From: a phage
Length of the DNA stretch: 64,000 nt
Reading direction: 5' to 3' (one strand)
Sequence record: OZ346212.1
Program-made: the position numbers and the translations under genes
Shown here: one piece after another, positions 1 through 10,398 of the stretch
Numbering within the stretch: the first letter of the stretch is position 1
Layout: each line of letters begins with the position of its first letter
Notes under the pieces: model-generated
Database searches by the model: none
Told to the model about the DNA's origin: nothing
The model's input: the letters and a program-made list of their open reading frames with translations, nothing else

Positions 1-1
1 C

Positions 2-1462
2 TGTGGATGTGCAAACGCAGTAGATACTTTTGCAAACAATGAGAAATTTATCCGTAGCTACGGAACAGTGGTCCTTGCAATGGACAACGATGCGGCTAAC
101 GAGGTAGAGAAGCAAAAACACGTTATCAAAGGTGTTGAAGCCACACATAATATTGCAGCATTTTTGATGGCTGACAACGTTTACCACGTGGAATATCCTG
201 GCGAGGTAAACGACCCTGATGGTGTAAAAGATATCCGTGACATGCTGAAGGCTAAAAAGCTGGAAGATATTGTAAACATGTTCCGGCATCCTGTTAAGTA
301 TGTGCCTGATGCTGTGTCGGATTTAGAAGACTTCTCTATCGAATCTTTGCGGAAAAAGACTTCCAACGGGGTAGATATCAGCGCAGAGTTTCCAAAACTG
401 CAAAAAATGCTAAAAGGCTTGCACAAAGGGACACTCGTAATGCTTACAGGTCCATCAGGAGGTGGTAAAACAACTGTAGCCAAAAAACTGGAACACTGTA
501 TTGCAAGATACCTAATGGACCCGACATGTCCAAAGGCCGATGACTACGAAGAGGATGATCGTCTATGCATGATTCATCTTGAGGAGGACCCAGAGGAAGC
601 AATTAACTCCTTGTATGCAAACCAGTTAGGGTTTGATGTTAAAGAGTTTGTTGAAGATCCTAGCCAGTTTTTAACTGATCAAGAACATGCAGAGATTCAC
701 CAATCATGGGCAAAAGCTGGAAAAATCAAAGTGTTCAAACATTTCGGGTCTATTCCAGTGGACGAGTTGATTACCAAGCTTAAGCAAATGGTCTGCCTGT
801 ACCATTGTCGCTATATTGTGCTGGATCACCTGTCTATGGTAATTTCAGGGCTTAATGTTAAAGATGAGCGAAAAGAACTGGACATGGCTATGACTCAGCT
901 GGCTGCGTTTTGTAAGCAGTTTAACGTGTTTATCTTGGTGATCGCTCACCTCAAACGTACAGAGATTGTGCCTCCTAAGGACAAGGATGGTAACCCATTA
1001 CCTTTCTGGTATCCTGTGCGAAAAGAGAATTTGCGAGGATCGGCTGGGCTTGAACAGTTGAGTTGGGTAGTCATAGGTGTCGAGGCCGAAGAAATGGTGG
1101 ATCGTTCTCGTGGGCGTGTCCGTCTGGTAGGTCTTAAAAACCGTCCAGCAAAAACTTTAGGTATTGCTGACACTTTAGTTATGGACCCACATACAGGTAA
1201 GTTCCATGATGCCAGTAATTGGTACTGGGACAAAGAAATGCAGATGTTTACAGACGGAGAAGGTGGGGAGGTTGTTTGGAGACCTCAGGCCATGTTTGAG
1301 GACCAAGAGCATGCAGTTGTAGAAACACCTATGGGCAAGGTTGTAGCCGATAAGGTTGTAACTCCTACTATTAAGCCTGTTGACACGCAGGAAGACCTTC
1401 AGTACGATGATCCATCCTCTGATCCGGTCCCCGGTTTTGAGGATGATGAAACACCTTTTTAA
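2..1462 (+). CDS. DNA primase-helicase (T7 gp4-like), 5' end outside window
   Basis: Frame open to window edge; TOPRIM-like LAMDNDAANE; Walker A GPSGGGKTT; DnaB-type motifs IVLDHL, LVIAHLKR; acidic tail DDETPF. Confidence 0.85.
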   Translation, partial: CGCANAVDTFANNEKFIRSYGTVVLAMDNDAANEVEKQKHVIKGVEATHNIAAFLMADNVYHVEYPGEVNDPDGVKDIRDMLKAKKLEDIVNMFRHPVKYVPDAVSDLEDFSIESLRKKTSNGVDISAEFPKLQKMLKGLHKGTLVMLTGPSGGGKTTVAKKLEHCIARYLMDPTCPKADDYEEDDRLCMIHLEEDPEEAINSLYANQLGFDVKEFVEDPSQFLTDQEHAEIHQSWAKAGKIKVFKHFGSIPVDELITKLKQMVCLYHCRYIVLDHLSMVISGLNVKDERKELDMAMTQLAAFCKQFNVFILVIAHLKRTEIVPPKDKDGNPLPFWYPVRKENLRGSAGLEQLSWVVIGVEAEEMVDRSRGRVRLVGLKNRPAKTLGIADTLVMDPHTGKFHDASNWYWDKEMQMFTDGEGGEVVWRPQAMFEDQEHAVVETPMGKVVADKVVTPTIKPVDTQEDLQYDDPSSDPVPGFEDDETPF

Positions 1463-1520
1463 TGTTTAACAAAGAGTGGGAGGGGTAGTACAACCGCCTC
1501 CCCTTTAAGGAGAACTGTAT

Positions 1521-3944
1521 ATGAGCATGTGGTCGTTCGACTTTGAGTCATCCGGTTTGCTGGAAGACCCAGATCTTTATTATCACTGCGGCCTGTTTAA
1601 AGAGCTGAATAAGAACCGTTTTATGCTGTTCCTTCCTCTAAATGACCGCACACACTACTCCGAGGAGGATATAGAAAAGGCTAAGAACTTCATTCTGGCA
1701 AAGAAAACTCTTTATAAAGATTTTGAAGTTCGCATAGCAGATTTTTCAGAGTTGGAAGGTTGGCTTACAGGAAATTCTGACTGGTCACCAACAGCTTTGA
1801 ACTGCCATAACTGCTACAGTTATGACTTTATGCTGATGGAAAGATTATCTGGTATTCATTTTGATATGTTCCGTGATCCTAAGTGTATGGGGACTATCAA
1901 CGATCACCAGGTTAACCTGTTTGATACGTTGGCGATGAGCCGAATCTTGTGGCCTGATCGCCCTTTACCAAAAGGTTGTCCGGACTCTGTATTCAACCCG
2001 GTTACTAAGAAAATGCAGCCTGTTGGTCCTCACGGCCTTATGGCATGGGGCTACGCCCTTGGTAACCAGAAAGTTCAAATTGATGACTGGCGCGATCTTC
2101 CGTTATGGAAGTATGTGGATCGTGTATTTGAGGACGTTATCATCCAGGAGCTGCTCTGGAAAGAGCTGGTAGCGGAATCAAAAGGTGTATTCTACGGCAA
2201 ATCTGACATGCAGAACTTTATGTACGATCCTGCCAAAGAGAAGCCGAAAGGGTTCAAGAAGATCACCTGGAAGAACGCATTACGTCGAGGCATGTTGCAG
2301 CACTTCCTGATGGAGCTGCAGGCCCGTCAGGGTGTATACTTCGACATAGATGGGGCTATTGCTTTACGTGACCGCTGCGATGCGTGGATGAAAGAGATCG
2401 CTGATCGTGTTGAACCACAACTGCCTTTAAAAGAGCTGTCAATGTCTCAGCGGCCCAAGTTCCCTGAAAAGCCGTTTAACCAAGATGGGACAATCTCTAA
2501 TAATGGTTGGAAATGGTTAAAAGATAAGCTTGGCTATCCTGTGGACATGAGTGCTTTAGAGTTCAAAGCCCCACCTAAGCGAGCATTTACCTCTACAGGA
2601 GATGTCAGTAAGATGGGGATAAAATGGTGTGAAGAGATGGGCTGCAAAGACCACGATAAGATGGCTGATTTCTTGAGAGGTTATATTAAGGGCACCTCCA
2701 CACCACAACCTTTACCTAAAGAGCTGATGGATCAGGCAATAAGCGATCTGCAACAGAAGCGAATGCCTGACTGCAAGATACCTATGAAAATCAGCAATCA
2801 GGACGACATTAAGCGATACCTGATCAGTGCTGGTTGGCTTCCGACAATGTGGAGAACTAAGGATGTAACTAAGGACAGCAAGAAGAAAGCTCTACCTGAT
2901 GCAGATGTTGATGCACGAGTATATGCATACATGGACGAGCTTTTAGAGTCAGAGTATTGTGACCTAATTATCAACTTCTGGAACAAAACTGATGCTAAGT
3001 TTCAGACAACAGTGCACAAGTTCCGAAGCTTTCCTAACTCCGAAAGGATTAAAAAGGAAGTGTTCGGGAAAATACGCAGAAAAGCCAGGGCACTTATTAC
3101 TTCTCCGCAACTGAAAGATACGTTTGGACACCTATGTCCGAATCTTGAAAAATTGAACGGAGAGATGGCTAAAGATATCGTCTTGTGGTTATCATTGCGA
3201 AACCGCAGATCGGTCCTTGATCCAATCAAGGAGGATAAGGTTGATACTGGTCTTCTTAATCACCCACGTTTGAAGATTGACCATAAGCTTCCTGCTAAAA
3301 GCTCTGGATTAACAAACACTTCCCGACAGAAACACAGTATTTGTGCAAACATGCCTAAACCATCTCCTAAAGTGGTTATGGGTAAAGAGATGCGTAGCTT
3401 GTGGGGTGTTCCTCCTGGATACTTTGAGATCGGTATTGACGGGTCCAACTTAGAGCAGCTTATCGGGGCTTGGGGTGCCTTTGAGTTCGACAACGGCTTG
3501 TACTATGATGTTGTAAGTAACGGGGACGCACACCAAAACAATGCTGAGGCATATACAAAAGTAGCAGGCAGAGAGGTGTCTCGTAACGACGGTAAACCTA
3601 TCACGTATGGGGTTATGTACGGGGCACAAAAAGATAAAGTTGCAGATATGCTGGATATCTCCCCAGAGTTGGGGCAAAGGGTGATCGATGCACTTTGGGA
3701 TGCCAACCCAGGTCTTAAGGGGCGCAAAGAGGATCTGGAGAAATTCTGGGAAGCAACAGGTAAGAAGTTTATCTACTCTTTTGATGGTCATGCTATCTGG
3801 ACCCGATCTAAACACTCTTTACTTAATGCATACCAACAAAATGGCGGCGCATCGTTGTGTGACTTAGTTGGGATACTCATGCACCATCAAATGGTGAAGC
3901 GTGGGTGGTACGATGAAGGTGTTCGTCGTATTATCTATTACCAT
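1521..3944 (+). CDS. DNA polymerase family A, exon 1
   Basis: RBS AAGGAG before ATG 1521; Exo I FDFESSG; motif B KPITYGVMYGAQ; ORF ends at the His that should start motif C (HDE). Confidence 0.85.
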
Positions 3945-4786
3945 AAATAACATTGTGGCTTCGTGCAGTGATGCACGTCGAAAACCTCTTTAATTGACGG
4001 GAAGGCTAAGTTGACTTTTACACCTAAACATGGTAAAAGCTCAATATGCTAATCCGCAGCGAAGACTAAAGGGGTGTAGTTAAAATGGCTAGATCAGTTG
4101 AGTATCACGGATATACCGTGTTTGATGATGGAACAATACCTTTATCGAAACGTGATCATACAACAATGTTTTGTTTTGATAATGGTCGAGGTTACCTTTG
4201 CGTAACCATGTTCATCGAGGGGAAGCAGTGCACAAAAGGTGTCCACCACTTGGTTGCTGAATGCTTTGTATCAAACCCTGATCCTGAAAGGCTCACATGG
4301 GTGAACCATAAGGACGGAAACAAATACAACAATGCATACTGGAACCTTGAATGGACCACCCCTGGTGGAAATATCAAACACGCTTATGATAATGACCTCA
4401 GAGTAAGGCCAGTCGGTGAGTATAATGCCAACGCTGTACTGACCGAGGATGAGGTAACGGAGATTTGCGAACTGTTACAAAGTGGTTTACGACAATGCGA
4501 GATTAGGGATCTTGGGTATCCTTATGAGACGGTCAGAGCCATAAAGCAAAGAAGACAGTGGAAACATATCTCTAAAAACTACACCTGGTAGTAACGTTCA
4601 GAGACTATCGAAAGCATAGCGCCAACATAAATTGGTGCGAAGAAGCGAGTAGAGTAGACCAGCAAGTGCGGTCGAAATGGGAGGTGCCTTGGTAACAAGG
4701 TAGTGAGATAGTCCGATCCATACAGGAAACTGTATGGCTGTGCACGTAATGGTGCGGGGTAGCTTAACGACCTACCTGAACTATTG
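3945..4786 (+). mobile_element. group I intron interrupting DNA polymerase motif C
   Basis: Exon 1 ends in T3944, intron ends in G4786; P/Q/R/S-like elements at 3994, 4051-4060 (AATCCGCAGC), 4596-4610 (GTTCAGAGACTATCG), 4705-4714 (GAGATAGTCC); contains HNH ORF. Confidence 0.7.
4085..4591 (+). CDS. HNH homing endonuclease (intron-encoded)
   Basis: RBS AAAGGGG; HNH signature NHKDGNKYNNAYWNLEW; located inside intron. Confidence 0.8.
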   Translation: MARSVEYHGYTVFDDGTIPLSKRDHTTMFCFDNGRGYLCVTMFIEGKQCTKGVHHLVAECFVSNPDPERLTWVNHKDGNKYNNAYWNLEWTTPGGNIKHAYDNDLRVRPVGEYNANAVLTEDEVTEICELLQSGLRQCEIRDLGYPYETVRAIKQRRQWKHISKNYTW

Positions 4787-5140
4787 GATGAGTACCAACT
4801 TCAAGTCCCTGACACACCGAAGTATAAGACTGTGTACACCTTCGACACAATCGAAGAACTGGAAGCATTTAAGGCAGAGCAGGAGGCCAAACTTCATGTG
4901 TTCGACGGTCATAAGTACAAAAAGGCACGCAAGGATGAGGACGGAAACGAAGTGGTTGACAGAGACGGAAACACGGTGTACGATCCTATCCTGAACGATG
5001 ACGGAAAGCTTGAACTTATCTGGAGCCCTGTGGGTGAAATGGTGGTGCATTGCTTCTGGCAAGCTTCTAAAATGATGGGCGTCCCGTTCCAGATCACGGG
5101 TGAATACCTGTGTGGTCGTAATTGGGGTGATTGTCACTAA
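4787..5140 (+). CDS. DNA polymerase family A, exon 2
   Basis: Begins with DE completing motif C (IIYYH|DEYQLQV); C-terminus GRNWGDCH matches Pol I / T7 pol ends. Confidence 0.75.
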   Translation, partial: DEYQLQVPDTPKYKTVYTFDTIEELEAFKAEQEAKLHVFDGHKYKKARKDEDGNEVVDRDGNTVYDPILNDDGKLELIWSPVGEMVVHCFWQASKMMGVPFQITGEYLCGRNWGDCH

Positions 5141-5189
5141 TGTAAACTATCAACACATGGAAGTGTTGTTGAGCAAAGAGGAGACTTTT

Positions 5190-5474
5190 ATGGTAGTAGA
5201 ACCAACAAAAACATTTACATCCATGACTATCCCTGTTATTATGCAGGTGGAGTGTGTTCAGGTATCTCAAGTGTGGCCTGGCACCAAAATCCCGACAGGG
5301 CCTGATTTCTTTCAGGTTGGCAAAGTGTACAATGTCTGGAAGGCACCAGATTGTTACCCTTTCATCAAAGATGACCGTGGGATGCTGTGGTATCTTGGAA
5401 ATGATTTGACACTGCACCTTGGGAATGCTATTATTGCAGTATTCAGACTTAACAAGAAGGAGACTGATCAATGA
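5190..5474 (+). CDS. hypothetical protein
   Basis: ORF track; start moved to ATG 5190 with RBS AAGAGGAG. Confidence 0.45.
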   Translation: MVVEPTKTFTSMTIPVIMQVECVQVSQVWPGTKIPTGPDFFQVGKVYNVWKAPDCYPFIKDDRGMLWYLGNDLTLHLGNAIIAVFRLNKKETDQ

Positions 5475-5698
5475 CGACTTTGGTTAAAGCTACCTTTGTA
5501 GAAGAAAAGATGACAGACCTGTCATTCTTTAAAGAAGGAAAGACCTACGAGGTTTATTACGATAAAGCTCGTGCAAATAAAATGATTAAAGACGAGGAAG
5601 GGGTTGCCTGGTTTATCTCCCATCTGGCAAACGGTGAGTATCATATCTACGGAACCACCCTGCTTGCCAAGTTTGTAGCTGTTGAAGAGGACCTATGA
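5471..5698 (+). CDS. hypothetical protein
   Basis: ORF track; RBS AAGGAG; ATGA overlap with upstream gene. Confidence 0.5.
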   Translation: MTTLVKATFVEEKMTDLSFFKEGKTYEVYYDKARANKMIKDEEGVAWFISHLANGEYHIYGTTLLAKFVAVEEDL

Positions 5699-5889
5699 AA
5701 GTAAAGTATCTGGCTGAGGGTATGAGTAGGTATTTCACCCTTGGTGAAGAATATTGGCCATTTACAAGCAACGGCGATGTCTACGTGAAAGATAATTTCG
5801 GCACGCCATGGTTTTTGCACCCTAACGGGTTAGGGTATTCTATTTATCGCAGTGCAATGAGCGACACAACCCTTGCAGAGTTTGTATAG
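5695..5889 (+). CDS. hypothetical protein
   Basis: ORF track; RBS GAAGAGGA. Confidence 0.45.
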   Translation: MKVKYLAEGMSRYFTLGEEYWPFTSNGDVYVKDNFGTPWFLHPNGLGYSIYRSAMSDTTLAEFV

Positions 5890-5899
5890 AGGAGGTAGA

Positions 5900-6271
5900 A
5901 TGTTAGTAAAAGGTACTCACACAGTCAAACAACGTATCGAAGTTGAGATCGATGACTGCGAGCTGAAGCATATTTTACGGTCATGTTCCAACGTTTTGCT
6001 CCTTAGTATTCTCCAGGAGCGAGCGGAGAACGAGTTCTTAAATGCACTGGCAGGCCGCCCTGGTGATTTCTGTGTGCGTAAGCGTGGTGACAACAAGTCA
6101 TGGCTGTGGGAGATAGACGCAGAATGGGATTACCATAAAAATGAGGGTATAGATGAACCTATTCGTGAATTGACGGACAACGAGGTTCAGATGTACAATG
6201 AAGTTTGTCAGTGGGCAAAAAGTCAACAAACTTATCTTGATCCTTGGTGGATGATCGAAAATAGTCGTTGA
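5900..6271 (+). CDS. hypothetical protein
   Basis: ORF track; start moved to ATG 5900 after RBS AGAGGAGG. Confidence 0.5.
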   Translation: MLVKGTHTVKQRIEVEIDDCELKHILRSCSNVLLLSILQERAENEFLNALAGRPGDFCVRKRGDNKSWLWEIDAEWDYHKNEGIDEPIRELTDNEVQMYNEVCQWAKSQQTYLDPWWMIENSR

Positions 6272-6296
6272 CAGGAAGTAAGATTAGATATAAGAT
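6268..6296 (+). promoter_or_regulatory. sigma70-like promoter (TTGACA-N17-TAAGAT)
   Basis: Hexamers read directly from sequence. Confidence 0.5.
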
Positions 6297-6347
6297 GCTT
6301 CACACAAACAGAGCGTTGATTGTTTAACACTTAAGGAGACCGCTAAG

Positions 6348-6602
6348 ATGAAAATTACTCTGAAGCCAGAATGCGTTGAAAATGACCGAGCTTTTAAAGA
6401 TTGCACAATCGGTGCAATTTATGAAGCAGAGTTTTGTGAGAACCCTTTGGTAAAAGCCCTTCTGGAAGAAGGAGCTCCTCTATCACAGGAAGAGCTTGAT
6501 GAGTTGGAAAACTCAGCACAGTGCCTTACCTTTAAAGATGATGAAGGAGACTCTGTCTGGTGCACTGTTAATGAAGTAGTTTTTGTAAAACCTGAACATT
6601 AA
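6348..6602 (+). CDS. hypothetical protein (paralog of 6666..6938)
   Basis: RBS TAAGGAGA; shares KP-Y/CVE-D-AF-DCT pattern with next gene. Confidence 0.55.
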   Translation: MKITLKPECVENDRAFKDCTIGAIYEAEFCENPLVKALLEEGAPLSQEELDELENSAQCLTFKDDEGDSVWCTVNEVVFVKPEH

Positions 6603-6605
6603 TGC

Positions 6606-6634
6606 TTGACAACAGTCATAGGGCCTACTATAAT
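6606..6634 (+). promoter_or_regulatory. consensus sigma70 promoter (TTGACA-N17-TATAAT)
   Basis: Perfect -35 and -10 hexamers, 17-nt spacer. Confidence 0.65.
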
Positions 6635-6665
6635 GGCCCTATCAAAACGAAAGGGGACCACAGCA

Positions 6666-6938
6666 ATGACCAAACAATATCAACGAATTAAAGCCAAGGT
6701 TAAGCCAGACTATCTGGAGAAGGACTCTGCTTTTCGGGACTGCACAGCTGACAAAGTTTACACAGGGGCCGTCCTGTTGAACGATGAACTTGAAGTAGAT
6801 ATTCTGGGTAAAGAGGCCACTATTAAGGACGACCAAGGCGATTATGTTTGCTGCACCACACGTGAGCTAGAAATCTTAGAATACTTCGGTGAAATCTTCA
6901 CCTCTCTTGATGATTACTTAGATGATGAGGAAGCGTGA
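6666..6938 (+). CDS. hypothetical protein (paralog of 6348..6602)
   Basis: Track TTG start at 6606 is actually the promoter -35; ATG 6666 has RBS AAAGGGGA. Confidence 0.55.
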   Translation: MTKQYQRIKAKVKPDYLEKDSAFRDCTADKVYTGAVLLNDELEVDILGKEATIKDDQGDYVCCTTRELEILEYFGEIFTSLDDYLDDEEA

Positions 6939-7327
6939 TGAAAAATATTTGGGATATCGATATCTTTGAAGCCTCTAAGCTTGATGGTGCTGATGGAGTG
7001 ATTATGGTGTCTGATGGCAAAGCAACACTAACTTCCGGAGATATCATCTATGCCTTGGACGAGCTGGCGCTTCTGAAATCTACCGGTAACACTTTAGAGG
7101 AGCGTCTTCAAGGCTTCGCCTTCAAAGAAGGCACAAATACCGCCATGATGTGCACCACACGGACAGTTCAAGTTGGTAACGGTGTCTATATGATCATTGC
7201 TGTGTGTCCTAAATTCAGCAACGTCAACAAAGATGATGCTGACGCTGTCAACGATGTGGTTGTTCTCTTCGTGGGTGACGCTATGGCAGATCTGATGAAT
7301 GCAGGAGAAGCAGCAAATGAAGACTGA
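6938..7327 (+). CDS. hypothetical protein
   Basis: ORF track; ATG 6938 after RBS GAGGAAG. Confidence 0.5.
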   Translation: MKNIWDIDIFEASKLDGADGVIMVSDGKATLTSGDIIYALDELALLKSTGNTLEERLQGFAFKEGTNTAMMCTTRTVQVGNGVYMIIAVCPKFSNVNKDDADAVNDVVVLFVGDAMADLMNAGEAANED

Positions 7328-7619
7328 AAACATCACCCCCGCAGGGTTCTTAAAAGTATACCGTGAACTGCTATATACTACAGAGGACAGTGTTCTAGAG
7401 TATCCAGAATATCTTTTGCTGTATAAGTATCTGCAGGAGGCTGGTGAAAATCTGCCAGTTAGTGCAGAAGGTGGTCCGAACTGGATATACAGCGCATGGA
7501 GAAAGGTTGACATTCTCCCAGATCCGGGTAAAGATATGGTAGTTTGGCAGCTTATCAACAACATCGGGATTCCAATCTTTGATGAAGCTGTTAAAATCTA
7601 TTTTGAACTTGACGATTAA
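7317..7619 (+). CDS. hypothetical protein
   Basis: ORF track; internal ATG 7317 with RBS AGGAG chosen. Confidence 0.45.
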   Translation: MKTENITPAGFLKVYRELLYTTEDSVLEYPEYLLLYKYLQEAGENLPVSAEGGPNWIYSAWRKVDILPDPGKDMVVWQLINNIGIPIFDEAVKIYFELDD

Positions 7620-7636
7620 TATCAGGAGACCTTAAG

Positions 7637-7882
7637 ATGGCTGAAGTAGTTGCTCGCGCAGGACAGAAAGTACGTTGTGTGGAAGTAGGTTTTGGTGGCA
7701 AAGGGTGTCAAAACTTGACTCAAGGTAAGGAATACGCTGTTATTTCTGGTGGTGGCGACGAGAGTATTGTGTTCGAGGGCCACATCCTGGATGCTGAAAA
7801 CTTTGAAATCTTTGACGACGATGGAGATCCGATCACCTGCCTGCTGGACGGGAATTGGGGAACTTTCGAAGTGATTGGCTAA
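7637..7882 (+). CDS. hypothetical protein
   Basis: ORF track; RBS CAGGAGA. Confidence 0.5.
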   Translation: MAEVVARAGQKVRCVEVGFGGKGCQNLTQGKEYAVISGGGDESIVFEGHILDAENFEIFDDDGDPITCLLDGNWGTFEVIG

Positions 7883-7965
7883 CAAATACCTATTGTAATT
7901 TACAGAAGGGGATGCTAAAATAGTGTCTCCTTCTATGTTGTTCAAATAAAATCGGAGATTCCATA

Positions 7966-8331
7966 ATGGAACAAATGAACGATCAAGCGTCGGTTGCGAT
8001 GAACGAGCAAGAACAACCTCAAGAATTTTTCTTAGGGTTAAGTAAAGATCAAGTGTCTCTTCTGCTAGTGCTTTCTTCTTTCATGGGAAGACTTCAGGAG
8101 CTCACACAACAGCCAGAGGCTGAACAATTATTCCAAGCTTTGCGTGAAGAAGAAAAATATCGTCGTTTGGACTATGCCTTAGGTTGGGTAGCTCAACAAC
8201 GAGATATGCTGATGGCCCTCTCTGGGACCACAAGTTTTGCAATGGGGCTGTTGGCTCAAGTTCAGGACAAATTAATTCAAGCAGGGTTTGCACACACGGC
8301 AAACACTAACGAAGAACAAGGAGACAAATAA
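7966..8331 (+). CDS. hypothetical protein
   Basis: ORF track; RBS TCGGAGA. Confidence 0.5.
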   Translation: MEQMNDQASVAMNEQEQPQEFFLGLSKDQVSLLLVLSSFMGRLQELTQQPEAEQLFQALREEEKYRRLDYALGWVAQQRDMLMALSGTTSFAMGLLAQVQDKLIQAGFAHTANTNEEQGDK

Positions 8332-9557
8332 TGAGCGTTATTCAACAATTCGCTAACCCGATGAATCCGCGTGAAACTGTTTTACTGGCTCACGGCATGA
8401 TTAAACGTGTCAGCATCAAGCCTATCAAAGGTGCTGATCCTACAACAGGTATTAAAACCACTGTGTGGCAAGGTAAGAAAATTGAATCCAGCCACACCAT
8501 CTCTTTACTGATTTCTGAACTGGATTCCTCTGATAACCTGCTTCAAGGTGGTGAAGAAGTTTGGATCAGCATGGGTGATAAGCTGCTTAAACCTGGTCAT
8601 CAAGACTCTGTCTCTGTTAAAATTGATGACAAGTGGGAAACCGTAACGCCGGGATGGATCGTAAATATTCCTTTGAAGGCAAACGAGCATAACGGTAAGA
8701 CCTATTACAAAGGCTCACTGGCTAAGATGGTCAAGCTGGGTGCAGGAGAGGCTCCAGCAGCGACTCAGCAGCAAAAACAGCAACAAGGTGCACAATCACA
8801 AGGCCAGAAGCAGAAACCTCAGCAGAATGCCAATCAGGACGTTTTACGCATCTATGGTGATGTGACTCAGATTGTTGGCAACGTGGTTACTGTTAATGAC
8901 CACAAGATTGGCGAAGGTGCTATGGTTGTAACTGATGAGCAGCTTAAAGACCTGGTGGTAGGTGGTCGTGTTGCAGCCATTGTTGACAAAGACACCGGAA
9001 ACATTATCAGTGGTTTCAAGGCCTATCCTCCTAAGGCAGAGAACGGCACTCAAGGCTCTGGTGGCAAGCGTAAATCCTCTTACGACCCTATCGGTGTGGA
9101 AACGGGGCATAGCATCAATGCGTTGCAGATCATCCTGGATCGCGGGTTTAAGGTAGACGACCCACTGGGCGTGGCTAAAACACTGCACGTAGTCACCATT
9201 GAGCTTAAGAAAGAGTATGCTCAAGCCACCAACCGAGCTGAAGATGAAGTAGGTGCCAGTGTCGGTAATGCGGTGTTGAACGCTTGTCGCCGTATTGACA
9301 AGAAAACGAAAGTTGATGATTTTGCAGTGGCAATTACTGCAGAAGCAAAAGATGTCTTGACTAATCTAGCTGAGCCGTTGTACGATTGGATCAAGAACGG
9401 TGCTGAGTCCACTGACCATCAAGAACCTCAGGCTGCCAAACAGGAAGCAGCTCCACAGCAAAACACTGTAGACGCTCCTCCTGTAAATGATGCGGAAGAT
9501 GACCCAATGGATCAGAATCCAGCACAGTACGTCTTTGATGATGACATCCCATTTTAA
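8331..9557 (+). CDS. ssb: single-stranded DNA-binding protein
   Basis: C-terminal DDDIPF identical to the bacterial SSB acidic tip; Q/G-rich linker; RBS AAGGAGA. Confidence 0.75.
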   Translation: MSVIQQFANPMNPRETVLLAHGMIKRVSIKPIKGADPTTGIKTTVWQGKKIESSHTISLLISELDSSDNLLQGGEEVWISMGDKLLKPGHQDSVSVKIDDKWETVTPGWIVNIPLKANEHNGKTYYKGSLAKMVKLGAGEAPAATQQQKQQQGAQSQGQKQKPQQNANQDVLRIYGDVTQIVGNVVTVNDHKIGEGAMVVTDEQLKDLVVGGRVAAIVDKDTGNIISGFKAYPPKAENGTQGSGGKRKSSYDPIGVETGHSINALQIILDRGFKVDDPLGVAKTLHVVTIELKKEYAQATNRAEDEVGASVGNAVLNACRRIDKKTKVDDFAVAITAEAKDVLTNLAEPLYDWIKNGAESTDHQEPQAAKQEAAPQQNTVDAPPVNDAEDDPMDQNPAQYVFDDDIPF

Positions 9558-9619
9558 CATTTAGTTAACATAGCCCTGCCAGAAAGGGTGGGGTATTTTT
9601 GTATAAGGAGATCTAAAAA

Positions 9620-10036
9620 ATGACATTAGAAGATATCATTGTTAAACCTGAGAACTATGACCAATACAACCTGTCAACTCAATCTGTAGACCTTGGATGC
9701 GCCACGGTCAGTGCGTGGCTGGTTAACGGAAAAGAGCTGGATAAATGCTTAGAAGCTCACATGTCTATTAACAAGTTTCTGGATGAAAATACTCACTGGC
9801 TTGAGGGTGCAGGAGTATATGCTTCATGGTTGGAAAGTATGGGATTCGACTACCAATCTGAAGAAGGGTGGTGGAGCTATTTAGCTATCTGCCCAGAGAC
9901 GCTGCAATGCTTCATGAAATATTCTGAAGATTTGGAGTACCGGGCGGTGGTTGATAGTGCTATTGCCCGTTATAGCCGTAAACCTTTTTCCCACGACATT
10001 AAAACTGTGGAAGAGTTTGTTGAAGTTTTCTGTTGA
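9620..10036 (+). CDS. hypothetical protein
   Basis: ORF track; RBS TAAGGAGA. Confidence 0.5.
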   Translation: MTLEDIIVKPENYDQYNLSTQSVDLGCATVSAWLVNGKELDKCLEAHMSINKFLDENTHWLEGAGVYASWLESMGFDYQSEEGWWSYLAICPETLQCFMKYSEDLEYRAVVDSAIARYSRKPFSHDIKTVEEFVEVFC

Positions 10037-10132
10037 CACAGGTGGAAAGGTGTGCAATTATAACTTCATAGAACGGGAGGACGTGATGAACGAAGAAAAC
10101 TGGGATGTATAACTAACAGGAGGCCACTGCCC

Positions 10133-10330
10133 ATGATTTATCGAATCCGTGTAAGAGAAGATGCACCAGGCTGTTACTTTGACTGGCGTGGGTGGTGGTT
10201 TCTCCACCCAATGGATGGACTCACAGATAGAATGCTGGATGCTGCCCTTTATACAGATACCGACATAGAATATAATCTCTATCTGAAGGACGGTATAGAT
10301 AACGGCCTGTTTGAAGCAATTCCTGTGTAA
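10133..10330 (+). CDS. hypothetical protein
   Basis: ORF track; RBS ACAGGAGG. Confidence 0.45.
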   Translation: MIYRIRVREDAPGCYFDWRGWWFLHPMDGLTDRMLDAALYTDTDIEYNLYLKDGIDNGLFEAIPV

Positions 10331-10398
10331 GAGACTGTAATAGCTATGTTTTATGATCTTCCTGTAGCACCACCACCTGTTGAACCCGGAGAACTAAG

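Noticed and set aside
1521-3950. DNA polymerase truncated before motif C, therefore non-functional
   Set aside because: Motif C and the conserved Pol A C-terminus are recovered in frame by splicing 3944 to 4787.
6606-6665. TTG start at 6606 for ORF 6606..6938
   Set aside because: The TTGACA at 6606 is the -35 hexamer of a perfect promoter with TATAAT 17 bp downstream; the real start is ATG 6666 with its own RBS.
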